A program made the position numbers and the translations under genes. Positions 18,297 to 28,423 of a stretch of DNA of 35,088 bases are shown one piece after another; within the stretch, counting starts at the first letter, position 1; each line of letters starts with the position of its first letter. The notes under the pieces were generated by a model that was not told the DNA's origin, did not search any database, and saw nothing but the letters and a program-made list of their open reading frames with translations. The stretch is from Bdellovibrionales bacterium (GTDB taxonomy: Bacteria; Pseudomonadota; Alphaproteobacteria; UBA9219): the NCBI GenBank assembly GCA_050252315.1, contig JBFWLD010000001.1, positions 1 to 35,088 of the forward strand. Reading direction: 5' to 3'.

Positions 18297-18302
18297 AAGG
18301 CC

Positions 18303-18650
18303 ATGTCTGATTTTTATCAAAAAACAAAAACCGGCTTAGGGCTCACCGTTAAAGCCAAGCCCTCCACACCTCGGGAACGAGCCCTCAAGGTTGTTGACGT
18401 TGGCGAAGGCGTTCTGGCCCTGGAAATTGCGGTCAAAGACGCAGCTCAGGACGGAAAAGCCAACAAAGCCTTATGTGAAAAGGTGGCCGCATGTGTTAAG
18501 GTTAAGAAGAATCAGGTTCATTTAAAAGCCGGGCCCCGATCCAAGCTCAAGAAAATCGAGATTGAGGGCGATCCGGAGGCCTTGTTGGCCGAACTTGAAA
18601 AACATTTGCTGGAAGGCGTTCAGGGGCTTGTCAAGGGGCCGTGCGTTTGA
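18303..18650 (+). CDS. DUF167 (YggU) family protein
   Basis: 115 aa. GLTVKAKPSTPRERA...LEIAVKDAAQDGKANKALCEKVAACVKVKKNQVHLKAGPRSKLKKIEIEG fits the YggU pattern (V.V.P.a.......G.....l.v....P..GkAN.al...la..l.v....v.l..G..s..K.v.i.g). Confidence 0.8.
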   Translation: MSDFYQKTKTGLGLTVKAKPSTPRERALKVVDVGEGVLALEIAVKDAAQDGKANKALCEKVAACVKVKKNQVHLKAGPRSKLKKIEIEGDPEALLAELEKHLLEGVQGLVKGPCV

Positions 18651-18663
18651 TACAACAACACTC

Positions 18664-18765
18664 ATGTTTACAACCGATGCACGCCCCGATTTCCTACAGA
18701 CCGCTTTCGCGGCTGGGCTTGTTGCACTCATCGTCGTAATTGTAGGCATTATTCTACCTGCTTAG
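18664..18765 (+). CDS. 33-codon Ile/Val/Leu-rich mini-ORF: candidate ilv leader peptide or small membrane peptide
   Basis: ATG 18664 to TAG 18763-18765: MFTTDARPDFLQTAFAAGLVALIVVIVGIILPA. 11 of the 13 codons at 18718-18756 encode Leu/Val/Ile. It ends 63 nt before the ilvA ATG. No clear Shine-Dalgarno sequence. Confidence 0.35.
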   Translation: MFTTDARPDFLQTAFAAGLVALIVVIVGIILPA

Positions 18766-18828
18766 GCAGGACATACACACTTTTCCCCCTTACATTGTTG
18801 TTTTTTTGATCCTTTAAAAGGGTTTGTT

Positions 18829-20382
18829 ATGCCCAGTCCGTTACCAGAAGAATCCCTGCTAGACAGGTATGTAAAGAAAATCAATGAAGCCGATTTTTGC
18901 GGCGTTGTCTGTCAAACGTCCCTTCAAAAAGCCCCGCAATTAAGTGCCAAGACCGGTCGTACGGTGTTGCTTAAAAGGGAAGACCAGCAATCCGTCTTTT
19001 CGTTCAAGATTCGGGGAGCGGCTAATAAAATCCGTTCGCTGGATGAGGTGCAAAAACAGGCTGGCGTAATTACGGCTTCAGCAGGCAATCATGCGCAAGG
19101 CGTGGCGGTGGCCGCCAAAAAGTTCGGTATTCCGGCAACGATCGTCATGCCGCGCACAACGCCGGAGGTTAAGGTAAGCGCGGTCCGCGCCCATGGGGCT
19201 AACGTTGTGTTGTTCGGCGACGCCTTTCCGGACTCCTTGCAGCACGCGCTGGATCTTCAAGCACAAAAGGGGATGACCTTCGTTCATCCCTATGATGACG
19301 ACGAAGTTATTGCCGGGCAAGGGACGATTGCCAAAGAAATCCTCGAGCAATATCCGCAAGATATTGAAGCTATTTTCGTTCCGGTCGGTGGGGGCGGTCT
19401 GATCGCTGGCGTCACGGCGTGGATCAAGCAAATGCGCCCGGAAATCAAAGTGATTGGGGTGGAGCCGGAAGGCTCCTGCTGCCTGCGTGAAGCTTTGGTG
19501 ACTGGTGAACGCGTAAAACTGCCTCAGGTCGAATTATTCGCGGATGGCGTCGCCGTGGCGCAAGTCGGGGAAAAGCCGTTTGCATTGTTGAAGGATTTGG
19601 TTGACGATGTCGTGCTCGTCAGCGTCGATGAAATTTGCGCGGCGGCTTGGGATGTTTTCGGCGACACGCGTACAATCCCGGAACCGGCAGGGGCTCTTAG
19701 CGTTGCGGGTATCAAGCGGTATGTGGAAAGGCAGGAAGAGCAGGCAAGCGGCGCGCTTGTAGCGATCATTTCCGGTGCCAATGTGGATTCGGACCGTGTG
19801 CGCTATATGGCCGAGCGCATCTCCATCGGTCAAAAGCGCGAAATCCTCATGTCGGTTGGCTTGCCCGAACGTCCGGGCGCGTTGTTGGAATTTTGCCGGA
19901 CTCTGAACGGTTTTGGCATTACCGAGTTCAACTATCGCTATGCCAACGACCAAAAAGCGCAAATCCTCGTCGGGCTGCGGGTTCAAGATTATGCGACGGA
20001 CAGCGCACGGATTCTCAGCCAATTGGCGGCCAAAGGGTTTGACGCGATGGATCTGACGGATAACGATTTGGTCAAGGAGCACATCCGGCACATGGTCGGT
20101 GGACGCCCCCCCTGTCCTCTTAATGAAGTGTTGTATAGTTTTATTTTTCCGGAAAGACCGGGCGCGCTTTTGTCCTTTTTGGAAAAGATGCCTCCCGGAT
20201 GGAATATCAGCCTTTTCCATTATCGTTGTCTGGGCGCTTCGCACGGGCGTGTGTTGATGGGGTTGCAAGTGCCGCTTGAAGATCGGGCGCAGATCCGCAA
20301 AGCCCTTGAAGGCGGCGAGTTTGAAGGAAACTACGAAACCGCGAATCCAGCCTATGGGCTGTTTCTTGGATGCGCAGGCTAA
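18829..20382 (+). CDS. ilvA: Biosynthetic threonine ammonia-lyase (threonine dehydratase)
   Basis: PLP site SVFSFKIRGA, GNHAQGVA, GGGGLIAG, and two C-terminal ACT-like regulatory repeats (517 aa). Confidence 0.95.
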   Translation: MPSPLPEESLLDRYVKKINEADFCGVVCQTSLQKAPQLSAKTGRTVLLKREDQQSVFSFKIRGAANKIRSLDEVQKQAGVITASAGNHAQGVAVAAKKFGIPATIVMPRTTPEVKVSAVRAHGANVVLFGDAFPDSLQHALDLQAQKGMTFVHPYDDDEVIAGQGTIAKEILEQYPQDIEAIFVPVGGGGLIAGVTAWIKQMRPEIKVIGVEPEGSCCLREALVTGERVKLPQVELFADGVAVAQVGEKPFALLKDLVDDVVLVSVDEICAAAWDVFGDTRTIPEPAGALSVAGIKRYVERQEEQASGALVAIISGANVDSDRVRYMAERISIGQKREILMSVGLPERPGALLEFCRTLNGFGITEFNYRYANDQKAQILVGLRVQDYATDSARILSQLAAKGFDAMDLTDNDLVKEHIRHMVGGRPPCPLNEVLYSFIFPERPGALLSFLEKMPPGWNISLFHYRCLGASHGRVLMGLQVPLEDRAQIRKALEGGEFEGNYETANPAYGLFLGCAG

Positions 20383-20393
20383 AGGAGAACATC

Positions 20394-20864
20394 ATGGGGC
20401 AAAGAGAAGAAAAACTACAACAAGCTGGGTACGATCTGGATAAAATCACCGTACCCAAAGCCAAATATGTTTTGTTGAAGAAGGCCGGAAATCTTCTTTA
20501 CAGTTCGGGGGCCTTGCCCATGGATGGCGATGTCCTTTGTTCGACCGGGAAAGTGCCAACCGACGTTTCGCAGGAAAAGGCTCAGGAGATGGCGGCTCTT
20601 TGCGTCGCCAATATTCTTCGGGCGATCCGTGCGACCTATGGATCGCTTGACGGGATCAAGCAGGTCGTCAAGCTGAATGGCTTTGTCAATAGCGCGGCGG
20701 ATTTTCCCAATCAGCATCTCGTGATGAACGGGGCGTCGGAACTTTTGCTTTCTGTTTTTGGGGGTGCCGCGGGCGAACACGCCCGCGCGGCTGTAGGCGT
20801 GGCCATGCTACCGCTCAATGCGAGCGTAGAGGTCGAGGTTATTTTCGAACTGACCGAAGCCTGA
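20394..20864 (+). CDS. ridA: RidA (YjgF/UK114) family reactive-enamine deaminase
   Basis: ATG 20394 with AAGGAG 6 nt upstream. About 156 aa. LLYSSGALP...GKV...QEMAALCVANILRAI...VKLNGFVNS...ARAAVGVAMLPLNASVEVEVIFEL is the RidA-fold signature. Confidence 0.85.
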   Translation: MGQREEKLQQAGYDLDKITVPKAKYVLLKKAGNLLYSSGALPMDGDVLCSTGKVPTDVSQEKAQEMAALCVANILRAIRATYGSLDGIKQVVKLNGFVNSAADFPNQHLVMNGASELLLSVFGGAAGEHARAAVGVAMLPLNASVEVEVIFELTEA

Positions 20865-20905
20865 ACCAAATTACATAAAACGACCCAAAGAAAAATGAGG
20901 ATAAA

Positions 20906-22702
20906 ATGACAAACGCTGCACCAGAAACAAAAGAAACCTCCCAGCCGGACGGCATGCGAATGACCGGGGCTGAAATCCTTGTTCGCGCGTTGCAAGATCA
21001 AGGCGTGGATACGATCTTCGGCTATCCGGGCGGCGCGGTCCTGCCTATCTATGACGCGCTGTTCCTCCAGAACACGATAACGCATGTGCTTTCGCGCCAC
21101 GAACAAGGGGCCGTCCATGCGGCAGAGGGCTATGCCCGCACGACTGGCAAAGTCGGTGCCGTGCTGGTGACTTCCGGTCCGGGCGCTACCAATGCCGTTA
21201 CCGGGTTGACGGACGCTTTGTTGGATTCCACACCGTTGGTTTGTTTTACGGGACAGGTCCCGACGTCCTTGATCGGCACGGACGCGTTTCAGGAAGCGGA
21301 CACCGTGGGTATTACCCGCCATTGCACCAAGCATAATTATCTGGTCCGCGACGTGAACCAACTCGCCGCAACGATTCACGAGGCGTTTCATGTCGCGCGT
21401 TCGGGAAGGCCGGGGCCTGTGGTGATCGACTTGCCAAAGGACGTGCAGTTCGGTACGGGACTCTATCAGTCCCCGTCCCAGATGGTAAGCCATTACCATC
21501 CGAAAACCACCCCGGACCGTGAAGCCCTTGCCAAGGCCGTTGATATGTTGGCTCAGGCGGATCAGCCGATCGTTTATACGGGCGGCGGCGTCGTCAATTC
21601 CGGACCGGAAGCCTGCGCCTTGCTGCAAGAGTTTATGCACATGACCGGCTTTCCTTGCACCAGCACCCTGATGGGACTTGGCGCTTTCCCGACTTCCGAC
21701 AAGCATTTTTTGGGTATGCCCGGCATGCACGGTACCTATGAATCGAATATGGCGATGCATGCGTGTGACGTGATGCTGAATGTTGCGGCGCGTTTCGACG
21801 ATCGCGTCACGGGAAATATTGCCGGGTTTGCGCCGACGTCCAAGAAAATCCATATCGACATTGACCGCAGCTCGATCAACAAATGTATCAAGGTCGATGT
21901 TCCGATCATCGGCGATGCCAAGGAAGCCTTGGCCATGATGATCGAAATCTGGAAAGAGCGCGGCTACAAAGCCAAGCCATTGACCGAATGGTGGGCCAAG
22001 ATCGACGAATGGCGGGCGTTTAAAAGCTTGTCCTATCGACAGGAAGGCGACGTGATCAAGCCGCAATATGCGTTGGAGCGCCTGCGGGATTTAACGTTGG
22101 ACAAGGACATCTATTTTGCTACCGAAGTTGGCCAACACCAGATGTGGGCAGCCCAATTCTTGCGGTTTGATAAGCCCTATCGTCTTATCACGTCGGGCGG
22201 CCTTGGCACGATGGGCTACGGCCTTCCGGCGGCGATTGGGGTTCAGATGGCCCATCCGGATTCCATCGTCGTCGATGTGGCAGGCGATGCTTCCATCTTG
22301 ATGAATATTCAAGAGATCTGCACGGCGGTCCAATATAAGCTGCCGGTTAAGATTTTTATCCTGAACAACCAATGGATGGGCATGGTGCGTCAGTGGCAGG
22401 AAATGCTGCATGACAGCCGCTATTCCCAGACCAGCACGGAAGTCCAACCGGACTTTGTCCGTCTGGCGGAAGCATTCGGCGGTGCCGGGATTCGCGTTGA
22501 AAAAGTCGATCAATTGGATCAAGCTATCCTTGACATGATGAAAATTACGGACAGGCCGGTTATTGTCGATGTCTGCGTTGACGCCATGGAGAATTGTTTG
22601 CCGATGATCCCGTCGGGTAAAAATCATAATGAAATCCTGTTGCCTAATTCCGGGACGGATATTGGTAAGGCGATCACGGGACAGGGCAAAACATTGGTGT
22701 AA
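20906..22702 (+). CDS. ilvI: Acetolactate synthase (AHAS) large catalytic subunit
   Basis: GVDTIFGYPGGAVLPIYDAL, RHEQGAVHAAEGYAR, and ThDP motif GLGTMGYGLPAAIGVQMA...GDASILMNIQEICTAVQYKLPVKIFILNN. Also known as ilvB in many annotations. Confidence 0.95.
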   Translation: MTNAAPETKETSQPDGMRMTGAEILVRALQDQGVDTIFGYPGGAVLPIYDALFLQNTITHVLSRHEQGAVHAAEGYARTTGKVGAVLVTSGPGATNAVTGLTDALLDSTPLVCFTGQVPTSLIGTDAFQEADTVGITRHCTKHNYLVRDVNQLAATIHEAFHVARSGRPGPVVIDLPKDVQFGTGLYQSPSQMVSHYHPKTTPDREALAKAVDMLAQADQPIVYTGGGVVNSGPEACALLQEFMHMTGFPCTSTLMGLGAFPTSDKHFLGMPGMHGTYESNMAMHACDVMLNVAARFDDRVTGNIAGFAPTSKKIHIDIDRSSINKCIKVDVPIIGDAKEALAMMIEIWKERGYKAKPLTEWWAKIDEWRAFKSLSYRQEGDVIKPQYALERLRDLTLDKDIYFATEVGQHQMWAAQFLRFDKPYRLITSGGLGTMGYGLPAAIGVQMAHPDSIVVDVAGDASILMNIQEICTAVQYKLPVKIFILNNQWMGMVRQWQEMLHDSRYSQTSTEVQPDFVRLAEAFGGAGIRVEKVDQLDQAILDMMKITDRPVIVDVCVDAMENCLPMIPSGKNHNEILLPNSGTDIGKAITGQGKTLV

Positions 22703-22716
22703 GGAGAGGAAAAACC

Positions 22717-24280
<1,564 letters not shown>

Positions 24281-24291
24281 AAAGAAAAAAG

Positions 24292-24320
24292 GGGGACCGG
24301 CTTTGCGTCGGTCCCCTTTT
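24292..24320 (+). terminator. Rho-independent terminator after ilvC
   Basis: GGGGACCG (24292-24299), 9-nt loop, CGGTCCCC (24309-24316), then TTTT (24317-24320). An A-run precedes it (24281-24290), so it could act in both directions. Confidence 0.7.
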
Positions 24321-24347
24321 AGCTTGTGACTCTTCAGGGGAAAAGAA

Positions 24348-26192
24348 ATGCCGAAATATCGTTCCAGTATCTTTGTCAATGACCGTAAAATGGCGGGCGC
24401 GCGCGGCCTTTGGCGCGCAACAGGCATGAAGGATGGAGATTTTGGTAAACCGATCATCGCGATCGCCAATTCTTTTACCCAATTTGTTCCCGGCCATGTC
24501 CATTTAAAGGATTTAGGCCAGCTCGTCGCGCGCGAGATTGAAAAGGCGGGCGGCGTTGCCAAAGAATTTGAAACCATCGCCATCGACGATGGCATCGCCA
24601 TGGGCCATGACGGTATGCTTTATTCGCTGCCTTCGCGCGATTTGATCGCCGATTCCGTGGAATATATGGTCAATGCACACCGGGCGGATGCGTTGGTCTG
24701 CATTTCGAACTGCGACAAAATCACGCCGGGCATGTTAATGGCCTCGTTGCGTTTGAATATACCGACGATCTTTATCTCCGGCGGCCCGATGGAAGCGGGC
24801 AAAGTCACGGTACAAGGTCAAACCCATGCGGTTGATTTGATCGACGCGATGATTAAAAGCGCCGACCCCGCCGCAACCGACGACGAAGCGTTGGCCTACG
24901 AGCGTTCAAGCTGTCCGACCTGTGGGTCCTGTTCGGGGATGTTTACCGCCAATTCGATGAATTGCCTGATGGAAGCGCTAGGCTTTGCCTTGCCGGGAAA
25001 CGGTACGCTCGTCTCCACGCATGCCGACCGGAAAGAGCTGTTTTTGCAGGCAGGGCGCACCATTGTCGATTTGGCCAAACGCTATTACGAACAAGAAGAC
25101 CAAAGCGTTCTGCCGCGTTCGATCGCCAGCTTTAAGGCCTTTGAAAATGCCATGGCCTTGGACATCGCCATGGGCGGTTCGACCAATACGGTTTTGCATT
25201 TGCTCGCCGCCGCGCACGAAGCTGAAGTTCCTTTCACGATGGCCGATATTGACCGTTTGTCGCGCAAGGTTCCGTGCCTGTGCAAGGTCGCGCCCAGCCG
25301 TTCCGACGTGCATGTCGAAGACGTTCACCGCGCAGGCGGTATCATGGCGATTTTGGGCGAGCTTGACCGTGCAGGATTGGTCAGTCGCGAATGCCCGACA
25401 GTCCATGCGCCGACCTTGGCGCAGGCCATGGAAGCGTGGGACATTCGCCAAACGAAAGACGCGCAGGTTCAGGATTTTTACCGCGCAGGTCCGGGCGGCG
25501 TGCGCACGACCGAAGCCTTTTCTCAGGACAAACGTTGGGACTCACTTGATACGAGCCGTGACCAAGGCGTGATCCGGGACAGCGAACATGCTTATTCCAA
25601 AGATGGCGGTCTGGCCGTGTTGTTCGGCAATCTTGCCCAAGACGGTTGCATCGTCAAAACAGCCGGTGTGGATGAAAAGAACCTGACTTTCTCCGGCCCA
25701 GCCGTGATCTGCGAAAGTCAGGAAGAGGCCGTTGAAAATATTTTGAAAGGAACGGTCAAAGCCGGAGACGTCGTGATCGTCCGCTATGAAGGCCCCAAGG
25801 GAGGTCCCGGCATGCAGGAAATGCTCTATCCCACCAGCTATCTGAAAAGCATGGGGCTAGGCAAAGCCTGTGCGCTGATTACGGATGGCCGTTTTTCCGG
25901 CGGCACGTCCGGTCTGTCCATCGGTCATGTTTCGCCGGAAGCTGCGGATGGCGGTATCATCGCGTTGGTCGAGGAAGGCGACACCATCACGATCGACATC
26001 CCGGCCCGTAAGATTGCTGTAGAAGTATCCGACGAGGTTTTGTCGCAACGTCGCGCAGCCTTGGAAGGTCGAGGCGGCTACAAACCGCTTTCGCGCAAGC
26101 GTCCGGTTTCCCCGGCGCTTCGAGCCTATGCGGCCATGACGACCAGCGCGGCCCACGGTGCAGTGCGCGACGTCACACAAGTCGAGAAATAA
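24348..26192 (+). CDS. ilvD: Dihydroxy-acid dehydratase
   Basis: MPKYRSS...[32 protein letters not shown], and Fe-S ligand block [18 protein letters not shown]. 614 aa. Confidence 0.96.
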   Translation: MPKYRSSIFVNDRKMAGARGLWRATGMKDGDFGKPIIAIANSFTQFVPGHVHLKDLGQLVAREIEKAGGVAKEFETIAIDDGIAMGHDGMLYSLPSRDLIADSVEYMVNAHRADALVCISNCDKITPGMLMASLRLNIPTIFISGGPMEAGKVTVQGQTHAVDLIDAMIKSADPAATDDEALAYERSSCPTCGSCSGMFTANSMNCLMEALGFALPGNGTLVSTHADRKELFLQAGRTIVDLAKRYYEQEDQSVLPRSIASFKAFENAMALDIAMGGSTNTVLHLLAAAHEAEVPFTMADIDRLSRKVPCLCKVAPSRSDVHVEDVHRAGGIMAILGELDRAGLVSRECPTVHAPTLAQAMEAWDIRQTKDAQVQDFYRAGPGGVRTTEAFSQDKRWDSLDTSRDQGVIRDSEHAYSKDGGLAVLFGNLAQDGCIVKTAGVDEKNLTFSGPAVICESQEEAVENILKGTVKAGDVVIVRYEGPKGGPGMQEMLYPTSYLKSMGLGKACALITDGRFSGGTSGLSIGHVSPEAADGGIIALVEEGDTITIDIPARKIAVEVSDEVLSQRRAALEGRGGYKPLSRKRPVSPALRAYAAMTTSAAHGAVRDVTQVEK

Positions 26193-26251
26193 AAGGTATA
26201 GGATAGTCTAGCAGTTAATCTGTCCGTCCCGAGCCAATCGAGGAGTCCCCC

Positions 26252-26944
26252 ATGCGCCGTTGTCCATCCCTTTTGTGTTTTTGCGCTGGGCTTTGGGTGT
26301 TGTTAGTCTGCCTTTCTTTTCCCGTCTGCGCGGAAGAGATAGCCGATGGCCTGCAGTATGAAGGCCCCTATAAACTGAAAGGGCCCAAGAATTTATTCAT
26401 GGACTACCCTTCGGAAAATGAGGACGGTACGGTCACTGTCGTTGTGGAAATCCCCACCGGCACTCTTGAGAAATGGCAGGTAGTGAAGCCTGACGGTTAT
26501 TTGGAATGGGAATTTCAAAAAGGCCAACCGCGTATTGTCTCCTATCTGGGCTATCCGGGAAACTACGGCATGATTCCACAGACCGTCCTTGATAAAGAAT
26601 TTGGCGGCGATGGCGATCCCTTGGATGTTATCGTCTTGGGTCAAGCCGTTCCAAGAGGCAGCGTTATCAAAGTTAGAATCCTCGGTGTTCTGATGCTTAC
26701 GGACGGGGGAGAGGTTGACGATAAAATCATTGCCGTTTTGGAGTCTTCGCCCATGGCCTCGTGCAAGACCCTTCAAGAGCTGGATAAAAAATTTCCCGGC
26801 GCATTATCTATCGTTCAAACATGGTTTGAAAATTATAAAGGTCCGGGCAAGCTTCAAAGCAACGGGTATAAAAAGAGAAAAGAAGCGCTTAAAGTTATTC
26901 GCCAAGCGCATGCCGCGTTTAAGAAAAAATACGCGACCCCCTAA
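26252..26944 (+). CDS. ppa: Family I inorganic pyrophosphatase with an N-terminal signal peptide
   Basis: Signal-like MRRCPSLLCFCAGLWVLLVCLSFPVCA/EE. PPase motifs VVVEIPTGTLEKW, YPGNYGMIPQT, DGDPLDVIVLG and DDKIIAV. A basic C-terminal tail is present. GAGGAG Shine-Dalgarno 6 nt upstream. Confidence 0.82.
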   Translation: MRRCPSLLCFCAGLWVLLVCLSFPVCAEEIADGLQYEGPYKLKGPKNLFMDYPSENEDGTVTVVVEIPTGTLEKWQVVKPDGYLEWEFQKGQPRIVSYLGYPGNYGMIPQTVLDKEFGGDGDPLDVIVLGQAVPRGSVIKVRILGVLMLTDGGEVDDKIIAVLESSPMASCKTLQELDKKFPGALSIVQTWFENYKGPGKLQSNGYKKRKEALKVIRQAHAAFKKKYATP

Positions 26945-27692
26945 ACGACCGTGCCCCCCAAAGGCCTTTGGCAAAAGTTCCTAGGAAAAAGCTTAGGAAA
27001 AGGGCCATACCGCACAGAAGAAAAATGCCCAGCCAAACACGAGGAATGTCGTAAACGCCGCTGGCTTTAAAGATATAGTGCCCGACGCCGGATTCCGAAC
27101 TGATGAATTCGCCGATCAGCACGCCTAAAAGTGCAAACCCAATATTGAGTCTTATCCCCGCCAAAACCCAAGAAAAAGCGCCGGGCAAAAGGATATGCTG
27201 CACAAGGCGCGTTTTGGTTGTGTGCAGGCTCATCGCGTAGCGCGAATAGTTTTTTTGTGCTTCGATGGCGCCTTGATTGGCTTGTTGAAGCGCTACGAAA
27301 CAGGTGGCCATTGTTGCAATAGCGACTTTGGCGCTCCACCCGATGCCAAACCAGATAATCAGCAAAGGCGCGAGCGCGAAAATCTGAATAGAGCTTAAAA
27401 AGACGAGATAGGGCTGGGAAATTTTTTGAGAAACGGGATTAACGGCAAGGGCCAGCCCGGCAACCGTGCCCAGAAACGTTCCGCCGGTTAGCCCTGCGAC
27501 CAGCGCGGAAAAAGTCATCCCCATATCCTGCCAGAGGGAAAGGTGAGATAAATCATCAGCGGCAACGTTAAGAATGAGGCCGGGGGAGCCGAACAAAAAC
27601 AAACGCGGTGGTTCGTTTTGCACGAAAAGCTGCCATGTCAGCAGAAGGATAAAGGCCGGAGTCAGGGAAAGAAGCCAACAGGTTCTTTTCAT
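26919..27692 (-). CDS. ABC transporter permease, NitT/TauT (SsuC/TauC-like) family
   Basis: 257 aa, about 6 TM helices, binding-protein-dependent transport signature region (...AMSLHTTKTRLVQHILLPGAFSWVLAGIRLNIGFALLGVLIGEF). The start overlaps the ATPase stop by 4 nt. Confidence 0.85.
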   Translation of the reverse strand: MKRTCWLLSLTPAFILLLTWQLFVQNEPPRLFLFGSPGLILNVAADDLSHLSLWQDMGMTFSALVAGLTGGTFLGTVAGLALAVNPVSQKISQPYLVFLSSIQIFALAPLLIIWFGIGWSAKVAIATMATCFVALQQANQGAIEAQKNYSRYAMSLHTTKTRLVQHILLPGAFSWVLAGIRLNIGFALLGVLIGEFISSESGVGHYIFKASGVYDIPRVWLGIFLLCGMALFLSFFLGTFAKGLWGARSFRGSRIFS

Positions 27693-28414
27693 GCGGCCTC
27701 CTCCGATAATGAGAAAAAAGCATGCATAAGATCACGGCTTAACAGATCGAGCGTTTTCTTGCGTGAATAAGCATCGGTCAAGCTATAGCTTCGTAAAAGC
27801 CGGGCAGGCCTTTCCCCGAGCAAAAGAATCGTGTCGGCTAAAAGGACGGCCACATCAAGCTGATGCGTAGCAACCAGCGCAGCCGCCCTTTCGCGCAAAA
27901 CATACCTTCTTACGATCCGCGCAATGCTCAGCCGACAGCTTGCATCAAGTTGCCCCAAGGGCTCATCGAGAAGCAGAAGGGAAGGCTTGCTCAAAAGGGT
28001 GCGCAGCAGAACGAGCCGCTGTTTCTGCCCGCCCGATAAATGATCGGGAAAGGCTTTTTCATAGCCCTTCAACCCGAACGCCTCGAACATTTCATGCACT
28101 TCCTTTTTATCGGGCTGTTGAATCTGCGGGTGAAGCCTCGCAGCAAGGCAGGCATTGTCCTGCGCCTTCAACCAAGGCAGTAAATCGCACGCCTGCGTCA
28201 TGTGTCCCATTTTAGGGCCGGGCCTTTCGGCGTCGCTTTCAATACGGCCTTCTTGCAGTGGTAAAGCCCCGGCAAGGAGCGAGAGCAAGGTTGTCTTGCC
28301 GCATCCGCTCGGCCCGAGAAGGCAAGTGATTTTGCCGTTTTCAAGCGTTACGTTGAGCTTGTCTAAAATAGGTTCAGCGCCATAGCCATAGGAAAGGTCG
28401 GTCACGATCAGCAT
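27689..28414 (-). CDS. ABC transporter ATP-binding protein (SsuB/TauB-like)
   Basis: Walker A LLGPSGCGKTTLL, Q-loop, signature LSGGQKQRLVLLRTL, Walker B LLLLDEPLGQLD, and H-loop VATHQ. Confidence 0.92.
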   Translation of the reverse strand: MLIVTDLSYGYGAEPILDKLNVTLENGKITCLLGPSGCGKTTLLSLLAGALPLQEGRIESDAERPGPKMGHMTQACDLLPWLKAQDNACLAARLHPQIQQPDKKEVHEMFEAFGLKGYEKAFPDHLSGGQKQRLVLLRTLLSKPSLLLLDEPLGQLDASCRLSIARIVRRYVLRERAAALVATHQLDVAVLLADTILLLGERPARLLRSYSLTDAYSRKKTLDLLSRDLMHAFFSLSEEAA

Positions 28415-28423
28415 GCCACGGCC

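Noticed and set aside
20711-22066. 451-aa ORF on the minus strand
   Set aside because: It is entirely antisense to the well-supported AHAS large-subunit gene. Its Arg/His/Gly-rich composition has no motifs, which is typical of a shadow frame in a GC-rich gene.
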